Shown piece by piece: positions 16,408 through 20,000 of a stretch of 20,000 bases of DNA. The notes under the pieces are model-generated. The model made no database searches and had not been told where the DNA came from. It was given only the letters and a program-made list of their open reading frames with translations. The stretch is from Spirogloea muscicola (Eukaryota). Location of the stretch: assembly GCA_009602725.1 (NCBI GenBank), contig WELB01000016.1:1210915-1230914 (forward strand), in the 5' to 3' direction. How positions within the stretch are numbered: position 1 is the first letter of the stretch; the number at the start of each line of letters is the position of its first letter. A program made the translations under genes and the position numbers.

Positions 16408-19065
16408 ATGGCGCCGCCGCTCGCCCTGGCGCTCGCGCTGCTCGCCCGTCTATCAAGTGCCGCAGCCCAGGCGGCCCATTCGGAGGTACCACCCCTTCTA
16501 CCTCTGTGGCTCGGCTGATGTGGTCATGAACGCCCTCAGTATGCACCTGGCTGGCTTTCACAGCCGCTGTTCTTCTGACACCAGCAGCCGCATCTCCTGG
16601 CGGCGCTGCAGGGCCGCGGCGGCTCCGCCGCACCGCTGAATACCCGCCGCGGGCTTCTTGGCAATTCGACCGACCGTAAGCCCCGCTTTCCCATGATCCC
16701 ACAGATGCCTTTTCCACTATTTGGCCCTCTGCTTGGCCTTGAGGCCCGGCAGACCCACTGCGGCTCAGTGACTGTCGGCTGATGCCGACGCCGACGGCGA
16801 GGCTGACACTGACGCCGCCGCCGTCGCAACCCACAGTCGAGGCTCTGCAGGCCTTCAAAGCGGCTGTCCTCAGCCCGCCACTTCTGTCCAGCTGGGTCGG
16901 CGCTGACCCCTGCAAAGGCTGCAACTCCACGGGCGCTGGCTGCGCCTGGTACGGCATCGAGTGCAACCCAGCCAGCGGCCGAGTCAGCTCCCTGTGAGTG
17001 CACCGCCCATCTTCGGACTTTGCCCCTGGCCTCGACTCGTGGGGCCCTTGGACTCGGGCAACCCTTGTAGGCATGCTTAAAAGTGCCAGTCGTATCAGAA
17101 GATTTCCTCTCACACGCTGCTGCCGTGATGGGAGTCCACTCCACCCAAGTCCTTCTAGCTGTAACTGCTGTGCCCACCTTCCTTGGCTGCTCCTTGCCAA
17201 CGAATGACATGAGGTCACTGACTTGACTGCTGAAAGTCCTCCACGACTTGAACGTGAACATTCTCACGCTCGGCTGCCTCCTCAGAGTGATCATCAACGC
17301 CAACCTCAACGGCACCATCACGCCATACATTGGAAACCTGACAGGCCTGACGTGCCTGTGAGACACGTCCCTTGTTGCGCAAGTAGACCGTCCTAGACAG
17401 ATCAGCATAGGCAGCCTATTGCACGAGCTTGATGTCGTTCCTCCCGCTGTGGCTGACCCCCTTGACCGAAGACATTAAGGACCTCTTGAAAGCATCGCTT
17501 GGCCAGGTATCTCTATGGCAATCGGCTGACAGGCGTGATTCCGGCCACCATTGGACAGCTTGGTGCCACCCTTGCTCTTCTGTAAGCCTCCAGATTGCTC
17601 ATTCAAGCCCCTGGGGCTTCTCTCATGCAGTACAAGCTGTCTGTCCCCACAGCACAGAAGGCTCACCAACCAGCATGGGTGGATGCCTGCAGTAATCTTG
17701 ACCACAACTTCCTTACAGGAAGCATCCCTTCCACTATTGGAAATCTATCTCAGCTTGCCCTGCTGTGAGTTTTCCAAGCTCCAGTCACACACACTATTGG
17801 AAATCTATCTCAGCTTGCCCTGCTGTGAGTTTTCCAAGCTCCAGTCACACATACATGTCGTTGTCCACATCTTGGGAGCAGTCATAATGTTGAGGGCGGG
17901 CTTTGTACCACAATGCGCTTGTGGTACTGCCCACTGCCTGTTTCGACTTTATCGTTCTTTTGAAGGAATGCCAGCCAAGTCCGCAGAGATATGGAGCCGT
18001 CAGTCAAAGCAGAGGGCAGCTCAACCATGTCCCCACAGGATGTCGGGGACACATTGCACAGTATCATCTCTTAGGTGCAAATCCGTTTGCAACCGTAAGT
18101 GGAGCTTCTTGTGGCTGTTTCAGCCATCTCTGCTGCAACAATCTCACAGGACAATTACCAACGCAGATCACTCAGCTCACCAACCTTGTCATACTGTCCT
18201 TGCCACTTCCCATACCAATCTCTGTGCTTTTTAATTTTTCTATTCTCTCGACTATGAATCTGCAAAGCTCCAAGACTATCTGCAATGCTCCACAGTGGTA
18301 GACATAGTAGTTGCATGATAGCCAGGCTTCTTCAGCGGGTATTCTTTACCTGTGCAGCATACTGGACTACAACAGCTTCACAGGCGTACTACCCGACGAC
18401 ATGTCCTCCTTGACACACATCCAAAATCGTAAGAAGTACTTACCCATTTGCAGCATCCAACTTCCCTGAGCTGAGGGTCATTACAATGTGTACTTCTCCT
18501 TGCTGCAAAGCGAAGCTCCACATGTTGATGAGCCTCAAGGCATTCAAAGCATAGACAAACGGTTGCTGTGCTTAAGCATGTCCATGTGAGCAACAACTTT
18601 GTCCTATTCCAGTAATGTCAAGGTAATATTGCCCCTGCTTTGATTCACATGGAATGAGGATTGTCATTGACGCCCGTCAACACACCTCATAAAAGATGTG
18701 CGTGTCTTGTGTCACAGCCAAATATCGCACAACAAATTGACCGGCTATATTCCCCGTCCCTTTGCGAGCATCACAAATAATGGCAACTCAGCAACCAATC
18801 TGACACACTTGTAAGCTTTGTAGCTGTTCCTTTCACTACATTAACTTTCCAGTTCTACGTAGCAAGTGCAACCTTGCTTGCTAAGTACTATCAATGTTGC
18901 AGGTTTTACACGCAACTCATGTCTGAGGTGATGCTTTACCATCCCATGTGCTGACATGAAGTTAAACGTCAATGTAATCTGGTCATACAGCGACCTTTCA
19001 CACACCAATCTTGCGGCCGATTTCTTCCCCGAAGGACTCATATACTGCTCGAAGTTGCAAGTCAT
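16408..19065 (+). CDS. Multi-exon LRR protein with signal peptide and plant-type LRR N-terminal cap (LRR-RLK/RLP-like ectodomain), partial and possibly pseudogenised. Exons 16408-16485, 16612-16675, 16837-16993, 17286-17357, 17693-17764, 18124-18195, 18358-18428, 18718-18810, 18991-19065
   Basis: MAPPLALALALLARLSSAAA leader; DLEALQAFK..LSSWVGADPC..CAWYGIEC..RVSSL cap; LRR exons NLNGTITPYIGNLTGL, LDHNFLTGSIPSTIGNLSQL, NNLTGQLPTQITQLTNL, LDYNSFTGVLP, ISHNKLTGYIP, DLSHTNL, all flanked by AG/GT. No TM or kinase exon seen. Confidence 0.85.
17732..17851. repeat. Perfect 60-bp tandem duplication spanning an exon end and splice donor
   Basis: 17732-17791 is identical to 17792-17851. Confidence 0.97.
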
Positions 19066-19215
19066 GTATGCTCCACTGCTGAAGCCCGCTGAGCATAGTA
19101 GACAGCAGATTTGCACGACATCAGCGTGTTTTGCACGCGCACATTGACATTGTCATCAGGTCCTGATGTGTAAGCAATGAATGTCTCTTTCTGGTGGTCT
19201 ATTCTCCAATGATAC

Positions 19216-19760
19216 CTAAGCAGCAAGAAGACAACAAGGTCTAGAAAAGCCATCATGGGGTTGCAAGCACAACCAGGTCACAAGCAGGACTTCACAGAGT
19301 CTCTTTGATAGTATCTCCTCATAATCATTGCCAAATCTCAGTAAGCCTGCCACTGTTGTGCAGAAATTTGGCAAGGAACAGGTTTTATGGGACGCTCTGG
19401 ATGCACTTTGGCAGTCCAGGCTTGAAGGACCTGGAGAAGTTGTGAGTTGGCTAACTTCCTCCAACAGCAACAGAAGACCCTGAGTGACAGACACGCCCTT
19501 CTGCAGTCACGACCACTACTGCTCTTTGCAACTTGCTGAGCAGCACCAAAACTTTGATCGCTTGACCACGGCTAGCATAGTCGCTTTTCCATGTGACTGC
19601 AACGTCTCTCACAACAACTTCCAGGGAGGACTCCCCAGGACATAACTTGCACCACATGTGCATCCCAAGCTGATCTGGATAGATGTCTCTTACAACTACA
19701 TGGTTGGCCCGTTGTATGCCCCACCGCCCAGCGTCAGCACTGTACCAAATTACACACATG
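19216..19760 (-). pseudogene. Possible highly degenerate Gypsy integrase relic
   Basis: GRWGIQRANHVVVRDIYPDQL..WCKLC (HHCC-like spacing) followed by WKSDY; only weak resemblance. Confidence 0.25.
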
Positions 19761-19854
19761 TTATCACCGCCAGCAACTGCTTCGACAGATCATATGTGTA
19801 TGCCAAATATCAAAGGCCAGAGTGCAAAGCACACAACACCAAGCCACGTGAGAC

Positions 19855-20000
19855 CCTCCTCTCTTCCACCTCCTCTCCTATACCGCTTCCACAGTCCTCT
19901 TCCTCCCCCCCCCCTACTCCCCCTCTCTTCCTCTCTCTCCCTCCCTCCTCCCTCCCTCTCTCTCTCTCCCCCCCTCTCTCCCCCTCTCTCTCCCCCTCTC
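19855..20000. repeat. C/T-rich low-complexity tract, (CT)n-like
   Basis: Almost purine-free to the window end. Confidence 0.95.

Noticed and set aside
16328..17408. 296-aa and 290-aa minus-strand ORFs
   Set aside because: Antisense to the LRR gene's exons and introns, with no recognisable domain.

Overview
Eukaryotic window, probably from a green alga or streptophyte (inferred from plant-type TAAACCC repeats and 72-nt phase-2 LRR exons). About 16 kb is a pile-up of retroelements. The core is a nearly intact CRE-type non-LTR retrotransposon (C2HC finger, RT, Zn knuckle, RLE endonuclease; ~5404-8668). It sits in frame inside the endonuclease region of a related, degraded element, which creates a chimeric 1193-aa ORF with a partial second RLE at its N-terminus. 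At least eight CRE 3' ends (..L[T/S]R[G/D]Y-stop, this element's included) and several ~100-bp 3'UTR-only derivatives lie on both strands, often abutting. The left end has a Ty3/Gypsy LTR+gag interrupted by a second, opposite-strand Gypsy whose integrase ends in a PHD finger. From 16408 there is a multi-exon host gene for a secreted or receptor-type LRR protein, with signs of damage. All calls are by eye; no searches were run.
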